Source: Phoronis australis (lineage: Eukaryota; Animalia; Phoronida). From it: DNA of 64,000 nt. Where the stretch lies: assembly GCA_002633005.1 (NCBI GenBank), contig NMRA01000053.1:894711-958710 (forward strand). Reading direction: 5' to 3'. The notes below the pieces were generated by a model, which ran no database searches, was not told the DNA's origin, and saw only the letters and a program-made list of their open reading frames with translations. Below are positions 25,901-38,300 of the stretch, in pieces (positions within the stretch are counted from its first letter, which is position 1; each line of letters opens with the position of its first letter). The position numbers and the translations under genes were made by a program.

Positions 25901-26029
25901 CGTTCAGTAGACGCTAGGACCTAGCTAAAACCTAGTCAAAGTCACGTGTTCTCATTTAAAATACACGGCAATACCTCACGTAATCTCACGAAGTCTTGCT
26001 TTTTAGCGAGGTCCTAGCGTTACTGAACG
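25901..26029. mobile_element. small MITE/hairpin
   Basis: ~30-bp TIR CGTTCAGTA(G)ACGCTAGGACCT.GCTAAAA / TTTTAGCGAGGTCCTAGCGTTACTGAACG. Confidence 0.6.
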
Positions 26030-26049
26030 GGAGGCAGGTTAGTGCCAAG

Positions 26050-26370
26050 CCAGTACGCACTGGCTACTGACCACCTAGCGGCAAGCAGAGGGGCTTATTC
26101 CATATGACGTCATTTGACAAACGATGTTGTTTTGCGGGAAAATCTTATTGGGTTGTCAAAAACAACGTAACATTTGTAAAATTTTTACTCCTAAATTTTT
26201 ATTTTTTCTAACTAGACAGGTTGATTTCTTTACTAAGCTTATTGATGAAAATTTTTCTTAACCTCAGCAAAGATTTTTTAGTTACCTCTTTGACCTCAGT
26301 GGTGAAAATTGTACGGAAATTAATTACGCATAACCACGTGACATCCTGTTTCGCGTGCTCAAATTTCAAG
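26050..26370 (+). promoter_or_regulatory. putative promoter/5'-UTR of hnRNP paralog 2
   Basis: CRE TGACGTCA (~26105), E-box CACGTG (26335), CTCF-like CCACCTAGCGGC (26071), YY1/Kozak CAAGATGGCG over the start codon, and a second AAAATGGCG at ~26566. Confidence 0.5.
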
Positions 26371-26385
26371 ATGGCGAATTTTAAT
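26371..26385 (+). CDS. paralog 2 exon 1 (MANFN)
   Basis: caagATGGCGAATTTTAAT|gtaagt; phase 0, joins AAA ATG GAC of the next exon. Confidence 0.65.
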
Positions 26386-29300
26386 GTAAGTTTACCGGTC
26401 TCACATTTTCATTAATTTGACTGGTAATAATGTTTTAGCTTTATTTTCGTGTTTTTACACTGATTGTATTGATTGTGCGCTAAATTTGTGGCTTTTCTGT
26501 TCTCTTTTATTTACAATGTGACTTGGTGTGCTCCTTTTCATTGTTGAACTTGAGTTTGAAAAAACAAAATGGCGACTGAGACGTGAAAGATAACGTAGAC
26601 AAAGACGATTTAATATATATTGTATAATTAGACTCATTAACGTACATACTTGATATTCGTAATTTCTGAATCCTGTCGTCACGCCCATTCCAAAAATGTG
26701 TTTCTCCAGTGTTCGATTTGGCGTCCTTCTAGTTCTACTTATAGCCAATTAGACAGTGATTACACCGGCGTCCTCAGCTGATCGTCCCTAATACACTTCA
26801 TGTAATGCTACAAGGTATGACACTCGGGACTAGAAATTCCTCGGGTTCTTCGATTCAGCTGTCCATATCAATCACATAATTCATTAAATTTACACGAAAC
26901 GAGTTCAACAAAACATGAGAAATTGTTCTTTCGTATTATACCATTCCCGGTGTCCTGCTCCAGCGAGTTCGCAAGAAATTCGCTGTCAAAGCACAAAAAT
27001 GTTCCCAAAAAGCCCAAATACACTTGTTGTAATAATGGGGAGTCGGTTGGCCAAGAGGACACACAGCTTCGGGCCTATTAACACGGTGCAAGAGCAAAGT
27101 CTGGAGGATACTCACATTGCGTCTGCACAGGACGGCAGCGAACTCCAGAAGGCCCAGACGATCTTGTCACGTGGTCTTGATAGGTGACTCGTCACGTGGT
27201 AGGAGTGTGACCTCGGCTGGGCTCTTCTGGCGTTAGATGTCGCACCAGGCCAAGACCAACATTGTCACGAAAAGGACATCACAACATAGAGACGCCACAG
27301 CCGAGACTGACGTCGACATTTACTACACACTTTTCACTTTGTCAATTCGAGGTCAAGGACAGTACTGAAATTGCCGGTTTGTTGCGTAAAGTCACGATGT
27401 CGATAACGCCGTCCATCTGTAATGCTCATCGGTAATTTCCGTGCCTTGAACCACAGGCACCTTTAAGTAGCTCTCTACAATATAACATAATAAAGAGAAA
27501 GGTACACAACTGACATTCAATATGGACGTCTGCCGGCCACTTCCGGAATAACCCAAGCACGTCAAATCTGAGAGTAATTTAACTCAAACATTTTATCTGC
27601 GACAGCAACACGTTCATTGCTTCCATTTGTTGACATCTAAACCAATAAATATCATAAATACCTCCAGATCTTCCTAGTTCAATCGTCAACATTCACGACA
27701 AAGCGTATAGCAAGAAGGCCTCATGTCAGTTTTGTCTAATGCGCATGCTCATAAGGCCCCTCGCGACATCTTCAGAGCGCTTACATCAACTAAAAACAGC
27801 AACATTCAGCGAAGAGGCTCTTGACAGTAATTTACATTATTTACATGTTACTCTATGAGCACGCTGATTGGGTACAGCAAAAATAGGTCAAACTTTCAAG
27901 AGGCCACAGACAACCCTGCTTTTTCACATGCTCATGCGAGGTAGGACGACATATTCGTAAATTACTGTCAAGAGCCTCTTCTCTGAATGTTGCTGTTTTT
28001 AGTTGATGTAAGCGCTCTGAAGATGTCGCGAGGGACCTTATGAGCATGCGCATTAGACGAAACTGGTACGAGGCCTTCTTGCTTTTCGCTTTGTTCGTGA
28101 ATGTTGACGATTGAACTAGGAAGATCTGGAGGTATTTATGATATTTATTGGTTTAGATGTCAACAAATGGAAGCAATGAACGTGTTGCTGTCGCAGATAA
28201 AGTGTTTGAGTTAAATTACTCTCAGATTTGACGTGCTTGGGTTATTCCGGAAGTGGCCGGCAGACGTCCATATTGAATGTCAGTTGTGTACCTTTCTCTT
28301 TATATGTTATATTGTAGAGAGCTACTTAAAGGTGCCTGTGCTCGAACTGACAAAGTGCACAAAGTGTGTTTGGGCTTTTTGGGAACATTTTTGTGCTTTG
28401 ACAGCGAATTGCTGGCGAACTAGCTGGAGCAGGACACCGAGAATTGTGTTATAAGAAAGAACAATTTCTCATGGTTTTTGAACCCCTGTTTTGTGTAACT
28501 TTATTGAGTTATGTGTTTGATATGGACGACGGAATCGAAGCACCCGTGGAATTTCTAGTCCCGAGTGTCATACCTTGTAGTATTAAATGTAGTGTATTGG
28601 GGACGCTATCAGAAGCTTAGGACGCCTGTGGGGATCACTATCTCTAGACAGATGAACTACAGATGACTCACGCGCAGAAAGGTTTTCGTAGAATTATGCC
28701 TCGCAACAAATAAAAAAATCGCCGCTACGTTGTTATTACTAGCTTTTGCGCACTGGGTGCCACTAGTCGGGTACAATGGTCTCTGATTTAGAGAACCAGA
28801 CAATCGCTGAATAATGGCCGTTATTCAGTGGATGAAACTGCTTCTCTAAATCAGGGTCCATTATATCCGACTAGTGCCCAATGGGACCCCTTATGAAGCC
28901 ATTACTGTCTTTAATTCCTTCCAACTTGAACAAATACTCATGTAATCAAATTTTTTCTTCATTCAGTTGCCCTAGTTGGCTACTGGTCTTTATTAATACA
29001 TCAGTGTGAGGCATGATTTTAAAGGATCTTCATGTGACGAAAGCTTTTTGGCAAATTATGCCTCACACTGATTAAAAGATCAGTCATCTTGTTGTAAGTA
29101 CCTTTTGTGTCTAGAGGGGCAAATTAGGAGGCCATCAATGTCTTTAATTCCTTCCAACTTTGACAAATACACCCGTTATCAAATTTATTCTTCGAGCAGT
29201 CCTTTGCTCAGTTCCCAAAGTTGATATGTCGCCATTTTTAACACTGCGCGCGGCAGGTGGTATGACGCCATAACCCCTGGCATGCGCAAAGTAAAAATGG

Positions 29301-32300
29301 CCAGTTATCGATTTTGGGAACTGAACGAGGGGCTGCTCAAAGAAAAAGTTTGTTAACAGGAGCATTTGTTTGAGGTGGAAGGAATTGAAGATATCACTGG
29401 TCTCCTAACGTGTCCCTCTAAAATGCAAAAGGTATTTATAAGAATGTGACTTTGATGTTAGTCAGTGTGAGGCATAATTCACCGAAAACCTGGCATATGA
29501 AGCTACTATAAGAGCTACACCATCTCCTCGGAGCCGAGCTAGAGATGGTGGCCACTGTCTACTGGTCAATTAGAGATGGTGGTCACTATCTAGTTGCCAA
29601 TGGGACCTCAGGACCAGGGCCTGGTTGCACACTCTGGTGTTATATTTTTCTATCTCTTTATTATGAGCTTCTTTTTGTGTAATGACATTTTCTATTAGTA
29701 TAACTAAAAGTTGAACCCTTAATTAAGTTAATTAAAAAAATTGGGGAGACGGGGACTTTGTCTTCAAGCTAGGTGCGTTGCATGAAGAGATGTCTACTTA
29801 TTTCTAATGATATTGAGAATAAAACTTAGTTTACTCTTGATTTGTATTAAAATCAATAATTGACTTGGTAATGAGACTCAAACAGCACAAGAGAGAACGA
29901 TCAGTGTTTTCACAAATACAAATCAGATTTAAGGAACCTAGTTGAGTCCTTATTTGGAACTGTTTTATGCAACCGGGCACTGCGTCATCAGATTGTGGTC
30001 GTTAACCTGGAAATAATCCCAAAACCTCACGAAGTTGCCATAGCGAATAACAAAATCAGACAATAATACCCCGAAATTCGTTAAAAAGTTTGTGGGGACT
30101 TCCAACCTTTCATCTACCAACAGTTTTCCTATATTTAATATGTTTGGTTCACAATTGTTCTGTTTATTTCGTGAATTATTGGCAGTGCATTTTCCATACA
30201 AAGCAACCAGCACATATCAAATGTATGTGCACTGAAATTACAACTGGAAGTAAACAGGCGGAAGTCGGAATATTTCGGTTAAAGTTGGGCAAGATCAGTG
30301 AAACGTGGACCTCCATTATATTGTTGTTACACATGACTCATGGGGATGACTTGCAGCCATGTCAAACTGTATGGTATCATCTGCTTTCTATTGCCGTTGA
30401 CAACAGTTTGCCAATAGTTAATACCTTTCATTCACAGATGTTCCGTTTATTGTTTGAAATTTGTGCCTTTGCCACCACAGCATTCGGCACACATCAAACG
30501 CGTGCTTAAACAACGATGCAGGAAGTAGACAGCTGAAAGTCTGAATTGTTTGGCAAAATTGCTCAAGATCGACGAAACATGATTGCCTGTGAATGTGGTC
30601 GTTTGCGTTCTGTGGCAGGAATTGAGCTAAAGATTGAATGCATATTTTTTGTTGTACCCGAATGTATGTCATACTGACCCTCAAAGATTTTAGAGTCCTC
30701 TTTTTTATTTGTTTCAACATGTCAAAAATGTGTACAAGACAGGACACTCGTTGACTCTATGCAAATAGTGGATGTTTATCATTCCTTTGTGTTACTCTGG
30801 TCATTAAATTGCTTAGGTTGTGTTATTTACTGGAAAAGTGTCAGGTGGGTTACATTTTACGTAGTTTCAGTGTTCTCCACATTATAAATTCCAAACTCGA
30901 CGCAAATGTTCAGAGTCAGAGTTACTGACATCAGGGCTTGGAATTTTCCGCGGAAATGCGGATTTCCGCTTTTTTCAAATGTGCTTTCCGCTTTTTTTAA
31001 TAATATTTGCGCGTAAAAAAATCGGATTTGATATAAAATTTCCGCGGCACATTCCTTTCTTACCGCGGCGTTGCAGATGACGTTCACCTCGAAAAGCGGA
31101 AGTTGCTCTTTATGTTTCGGAGGAACGTAAATTGTCAACATTGCCGGGGCATCTGGGACAGCGTGGTGTGATTTTCAATGGCGTCTCGTGTTATTGTTAA
31201 GCGCGGTGGCAAATACTACCGCTCTGCAGCTAAAAATGTGTGGGTTGGGAGTGGACGGGCGAGCTAAAAGGACGCAGGCGCATGCTACTGATGGTGGTAA
31301 CGTTTTTTTTTTTTTAAATTTTTTTTAGTCCTCCCGATTTTTGTCTGGGAAAGGTTCACATTGACCATTTCAAGACTGTTTATCGGGCATGATTTGGGCC
31401 GTAAAAGTTTCAAAGTTTCCGCGTTTTTTGTCATTGGTCATTCCAAGCCCTGTGACATTGTCTCATCTCTAATCATAACCATGGGTGTGTGGAGGTATTT
31501 ATATATGGTTTAAAACTGCACACTGCACTGGTGTGACCTAGTTTTTAGACACTTCAAAGTTTAGATTTCCTACCAATGTATCTCATAATTCCTCCAAAGC
31601 ATTTGACAGACCCAGAGCAGGAAAAAAAGATTAAAAGTTCCTTTACTAATACCAATGCCGATTTTAATATCAATTAGACATCAGGGCTCAACATTAACTT
31701 TTTAAGCCACTTCGGGCAAGTAGTTGAAATTTTTACTTGCCCGAACAACAAATTCACTTGCCCCAAGTACAATCCCAAATAGCACCGCGCATGTGCACAC
31801 CTAGGTAATGTATTACCGTAGGGCTGCCTGTGCTGAGCCTCCTCTTGTGTTGTGCACGCTACATACATGAGTTGCTATTTTTTTAACGATTCTTCTTATA
31901 GAACATTTATTTATAAGGTGTGTCAAAACACTAGAGAGACAAATTAGAAGAGTAACTATGGTATCTGAACCAATGTCACACGTTCACAGGCGCCGAAATG
32001 AGCTAGGATATGAACTCTAGACACTTCTGTGTATTCATTAGTTTATATGCCCTCATGCATTAAACTTGCGTTGTTGCTAACCTGAATTTCAATTTTTGCA
32101 ATCCGTAAAAATCTTGCACAGTTTTGGTCATCGGTACCTTGCATTAAATTAAAATCAAATTTTAACATATAATAATGCAACATATACTTTTATTTTCAAT
32201 AAATAATTACATTTTTGAAAAATAAATAGACCGCGAAAAAGTCAGACTTCAGAACGGCAATCCCGAAGACCGTATTCCTCTTCTTTCGGGAGTCGCCACC

Positions 32301-35300
32301 GGGAGCCGGGAATTCATAAGAATGTCATTTGGAATTACCCCTGAATAAATACCAGGCCTTTTAAACTGTTGTGTAGTGTAGAAAATATGTCATCAATCAT
32401 TCACTTTTTAGCTTTTGCGCTTATCTGTATGACTTACATCCGCTGACGAACGCGGTGCTTCCAGCTGTACATGGGAAAATGCCGGCAAAAATCAAACGGC
32501 ATCCCTTGTTCACTGTGTCGCAGGCCAGAAAACCTAATTTCCCATGACGGAACCCATTCCCGCACTCTTTTCGTTTCATATTATTGCTTTGATTCTTCCT
32601 GAACTCGTTTTTAGCAACTAAACCAATGCCGTCCAGGCCTGGGCGGCTTCCATGTTCAGACGTTTTGCCAGAGTGCGGACGATCAGTAGTATCACGTGAC
32701 AACTTATTCAGACACTGCAGGGCACGTTCAGAGAATCGAAAGGATTTGACCGCGAGCGTCATCTGTGCACGCTGCAACACACTCGGTCTATTTTCCTTTC
32801 GGTGCTTATTCGAAGACTGGAGTTTCTTTGACGGCCACAGTGGCTTTTTCGACGGTTTTTAGGCTTGTGTTGTGTTGGGGTTCGTTACTTTGGAGCAAAT
32901 GTCGAGCAGACAATCTTAGGATCTACTTGCCTATGCGGCTAGCTTTTTAACTTGCCCATCGGGCAATACTTTTCAAATACCACTTGCCCGACGCAAAATC
33001 TACATGTGCACGGGCAATCGGGCAACCGTTAGTGTTGAGCCCCGGACATATTAAGTACTACTAACATGAGTTCTGATGTGACCTAGTTTTCAGTGACACC
33101 TGTTGTCAAGTTAAATAAGCTCATAAAGTTCTAACTTGCCACTAGATGTCGGTCAAAATCAAAATTGTCTTTGTTAAGCAAATTAAATTGTTTCTTTACA
33201 GATTGACTTGCAAAATTTTAAAGTTAGAATGACAAAGTAGATTAGTCATTTGATTAAGCAAGCTAGATGACTCCATGAAATTTTTGTTATTTAAAGATTT
33301 TTGCAGATTTTATTAATTATAATTTAAACTCTTGTAGTGTCACACAAAGTTATACATATAGTGTTGACTGCCTCTAACATTCTGTAATGGGCTTGATGTT
33401 GGTTAATCAGGCTATACTTTAGTGTTGAGGGCTGAAATGCCAAGCAGGGCCAAAAGTTCAAACCTGATGCAGCACTTTCTAAACTCGAGGCGCATTTTCC
33501 AAACTTGATGCGGCAAAATCCAAACTCGTTACAGCGTCGAGTTAAAACAGGTCGTGGAGAACACTGAGTTTTGGAAATTTGGGTCCCTAGTATAGTATTG
33601 GCTCTATGGGAATTAGTCTACATAGATCGAGCATCGAATATTACAAAATATTGTACCACACCTCTGTCTATCATACATTATAATTTTCAGAAAATGGACA
33701 ATGAAGTGAAGTCGAAGTTATTTTGTGGCGGCCTCAACTATGAAACTACAAATGACTCACTGAAAGCCTACTTCAGTCAGTATGGATCTCTGTCGGACGT
33801 TATTGTCATGCGTGACGGTGCCTCACAGAAATCACGAGGCTTTGGATTTGTCACATTCGAGACCATGGACGAAGTAGATGAAGTGCAGAGAAACAGACCT
33901 CACACAATAGACGGAAAAGAAATAGACACAAAAAGGGTCGTTCCCAAAAGTGTAAGTTAATGCAGAACAAAATGTGTACAAGGTTTAGGTTATGGAAAAT
34001 TTGGTTAAGATAAGATGGACTTAATAAGAATGCTGTTAAGTTAAATAGACAATCAAGATTTTTCCTGCAGTTTATAGTAATTGCCCATCGAATTTCAACG
34101 TAGAGTTGCTGCAACTGAAAACTTGCCAGGAGTCTGCTTGTAAAAACTGACTTCAGAATTTACACTTAAAATTTGAGTATGTAAAATACGGTTTCAAGAG
34201 TAATCGAAACTATAAGTGACGATCGATTTACATTTTAGATAGAGCTGAGATCTCGTTTACTTGATAAGCCCTTCACATTGCTGGAAAATATTTCACATGT
34301 GCCATTAAGTCGCACTGTGTATAGTCTCCGGATAATCTTCAATTTGACATTTTGAAAAATATCACCAAACTTTGTACTAACACAGTTAACAGTTACAATA
34401 GTCTTAAATGCTGGTCATTTAAATCAAAAGTCCAATCTTAAGCCAAACGTGAAATGGTGCCCTGTATGTGATTGATTTGTGCAGGAATCAAACAAACCGG
34501 AGGCGCACGTAACAGTGAACAAAATGTTTGTGGGTGGAATAAAGGAACATCACACTGAAGAAAGCCTGCGCAACCTGTTCAACTACGGCAACATTGAGAA
34601 GGTAGAAATTATCAAGGACAAGGTTACCGATAAGCCGCGTGGCTTTGCCTTTATTACCTTCGACGACCATGACCCAGTCGACAGATACTACTGTAAGCAT
34701 TGTCAATTAACCTCTTCATTAGTGTCCAAAGTTTTTGTTAAATAGTTTTTCAATTGTGTTACTTTGAAGAGCTTGTCTTGTTCAATAGATAGACATGCTG
34801 TATGATCTCATATTGCCGATTGCATCGTAACATTGTTCTAATAAAATGTTGCGGCTTGTAATTTGCTCATCTGGCTGTTACACAGTGTTCCAAAAAATAG
34901 AGCTTGGTGGCAGCTCACTGGACATACGGAAAGCTCTGAATAAACAAGAGTTGACGAAGGCGAGGGAAGAACATGAACGGAAGATGATGAGGGCTGGTGG
35001 CCAGGGTGGGGGCCAAGGTGGACGTGGTGGCGGCGGCTTCATGGGTGAGTTGACCCAGGGTGGTTTCAGTGTGGAACCAAATGTTCCCAACTGTAGTTCT
35101 TGAAATTCCAGTCCGAGAAGTACATTAAAGGCGAAGGCAACCTTTTATCATGTCACTTTTAGCAAAAATAAGGTTCGTTGATTATCCCAGAAACATTTTT
35201 CACTTAACTACAGCTTTTCGTAATTCGATTAATTTCTCGTCCTCTACTCCGGAAGTGGCGTTTTGGGTGGCAAGAGTCTCGCGCCAATTTCTTTTCATTA

Positions 35301-38300
35301 TAGTTTGACTGTGACAGCTGTCGAGTCAGTCATTGTTCTACCTCGGTTGTGATAAGTTCGGTTGTCGTTGGCTATTGTTTACGAGTCGGTCAACGTGCCA
35401 CACTGTTGCTGCGTGCCGGGATGTATTCATTATCGTCTCACGCGCTTTGGGTACCTTGCGTCGCTTTCCGAAGGATGACACACTTCGCCGTACTTGGCTA
35501 GCTCGTTCATGTGGAGAACGCAGCGCTACCCGTCCATGCAACGTACTTCGCCGTACTTGGCTAGCTCGTTCATGTGGAGAATGGAGGGTTACCGAGTGTG
35601 TGGCAAGCATTTTCTGCCGTCAGATTACGACAGAGATATGTACGCTGAATTGATGAAGGTCCCTGCGAAACAACGCCTGAAGAAGGGTACCATACCATCG
35701 CTATTGATGCCCGGCAGTTCTCCGTCGCCAACCCCGAGAAGTGCGTTTTTGAAGCGAAAAGCCTCGCGAGCTGTGGCCACTATATACAGTGGCTGGAGGC
35801 ACTTCATCTACTGTCACCTGTGCCTCCGAACGTACGCCATTGCGTGCAATTCCAGGAACTAGCAGTGATTCGTCCTGTGTTGTTGTCCCTAGCCCAGAGC
35901 CTGTAAGCAGCCCTGCAGCGATGTTGAGTTGTGGGAGTGAATACAGGCCCAGTTCGACACCCAGTGAAGAGGACAGCTCGTCATCCAATGAACAGATCGG
36001 TGAGCCTAAGTTTGATAAGTTTTTTGTGGACTTGTATTGGAGCTATTTAGAAGGTGCCAGGTGTGTGACGAGGGAGTCACACGCTGGGATGTAAGCAGTT
36101 TGGGTGCTCAGATCACCCTCCAGTGGGAGTGTGTCGCGGGACACTTGGGCAAGTGGGACAGTTCTTCCTCTGTACGCGAGACGATAATTAGTACACCCCA
36201 GTACGCAGCAACAACGTGGCATGTTGACTGACTCGTAAGCAAAAGCAAACGACGACCGAACTTATCACAGCTGAGGTAGAACAATGACTGACTAGACTGC
36301 TCTCACAGTCAGACTATATGAAAAGAAATTGGCGCGAAATTCTTGCCTCCTGAAACGTCACTTCCGGAGTAGACGACGAGTAATTAATTAAATTACGAAA
36401 AGCAGTAAATAAGTGAAAAATATGTCTGGGATAATCAACGAACCTTATTTTTGCTAAAAATGACATGAAAAAATGTTGCCTTCGCCTTTAATGCGTCAAG
36501 GCTTGGAATTAACCGCGGAAACGCGGATTTCTGCTTTTTTCTCTTATTCCCGCCACGCATTTTTGTTATGTTACCGCAGAAAAAAATCGGATTTGCCATA
36601 AAATTTCCTCGGCAAATTGGGTTCTTACCGCGGCGTTGCCGATGACTCGAAAAGCAGAAACTGCTCTTTATGTTTCGGAGGAACAAAAATCGTAATTGCT
36701 AAGCACCTGGGATAGCGTGGTTCATCAATGGCGTATGCATATGGTTTTAAATCGCAGTGACAATTCGATTCTGCGTCCAAAAATGCGTTCACCTGGGAGT
36801 AGACAGAATATTTCGTCGAAAAAGTGGATAAAAGAAACGATCAATGTGTTAAGCAAGCAACAGAGGTCAGGATTTGCGCGTTATAAACTTTGACAGAGGG
36901 ACAATTACGGCGTGCGTGGCCGAATCACGGAGGATCACCTGAAAACGATGAAACACAAGAAAGAAAAACGATTTCTGAAAGGAAATTCAACCGTATTGGA
37001 TTGGAATCGTGGGATGCGAGTGATTTATGAAATTCTTTTGTTTGAACCCACGTGCAAGCCTGTGCCAGCAGTTGCCAAGTTGGCTGCTAGGCCTGAGTCT
37101 GATTTTGCACATGCCGCCAAAACGGGATACAAAGTGCTATTTTCGTTACTGCAAATACAATTGTGTTTTAAATTGCCGTTGATGTGTTCCTATTTAATTT
37201 GACATTTTTCATGTTTTATTTTGTTAAAAAGTCTTATTTTGACCCACTCGAGTTTTGCAGTTCATAAGAAAAGTGGTCATGTGACAGGTTCTGAATGATC
37301 TGACTGGTCTAAGTCATTGTTTACAAATTCTGCTAGCCTATTTTGCATGTTCTTGTAGTTGTTTCTTATGTCACATAGTTTGTTCCACACCAGCGTGGCT
37401 TATGAACAATTAACTCCTGTAATTACTGTTTGTGTTTGAAACTGAAAAGTTTGGCCAACTTAGAATTGTGGTTGATGTATCCTATAGTTTAGATTATGTT
37501 GTTTTTTACTTTCTTTTTTTCCATGCCAATAGTTGGGGTAACGGCCACAGGTTTTTGTGTTGACTTTTTTCCATTTGTGTTGGAATTAAAATTTTTGTTG
37601 GAATTAATGGGTATTTATTTCAGGCTTTCCAGATAATCTCTGGATCCATTTTCAAAATTTTTTTTGTAATTTTGTATCGTAAGTATAAGAACTGAAAATA
37701 ATTTTATAGGTCTCCCTGCAGCAACTCAAGAACAAGATTCTGTCACTCACACTGCAAATTTTGCATCATTATCTTTTTTATTTTAATTTTAAAAAAATAT
37801 CTTTTGTTGCATCTAAATGCCTTCTTTATTGTTGCTGAAATAGATGTCAGGCACTGCTTAAAATGAGTGCATTTTGCCAACACTACACAGTTACAGGGCA
37901 TCTTGTGATAATAATGTTTACTTTCGATCTGTTGAGGTATGGTTGTTAAGATTGCAATGTGTATTTTGCTCAGTAAATATTTTACTCTTTTTTGTCATGG
38001 GTCATTCCAAGCCCTGAAATAGTTTTGTATTAAAAAATGATGGCATGTTCCCGTTTTTGGATGGATTCGACTTATTTTGCGGCATCTAGTGGTCATTTTT
38101 ATGCGCCCACATATTTATATGTGGACGCATTATGCCGTCATCTCTGTCCGTCCGTCCGTCTGGGCGGCGTCCGGCGTCCGCTGCTCTATCTCCAAAACCC
38201 TTTGACATACGTTCATGAAATTTGGCACATATGTTCCATTCCTGAATGGGACGGCATGTGCGAACTTTCGGACAAATCCGACTACCGGTGTGCCCCCTAG

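Larger units (their letters stand above)
30868..33566. mobile_element. family B hAT-like element hosting two nested elements
   Basis: Perfect 13-bp TIR CAGTGTTCTCCAC / GTGGAGAACACTG; 5-bp TSD AGTTT. Confidence 0.8.

Noticed and set aside
35380-36180. Host THAP-domain gene
   Set aside because: Frameshifted, internally duplicated and enclosed by TIRs with a TTAA TSD, so a transposon relic
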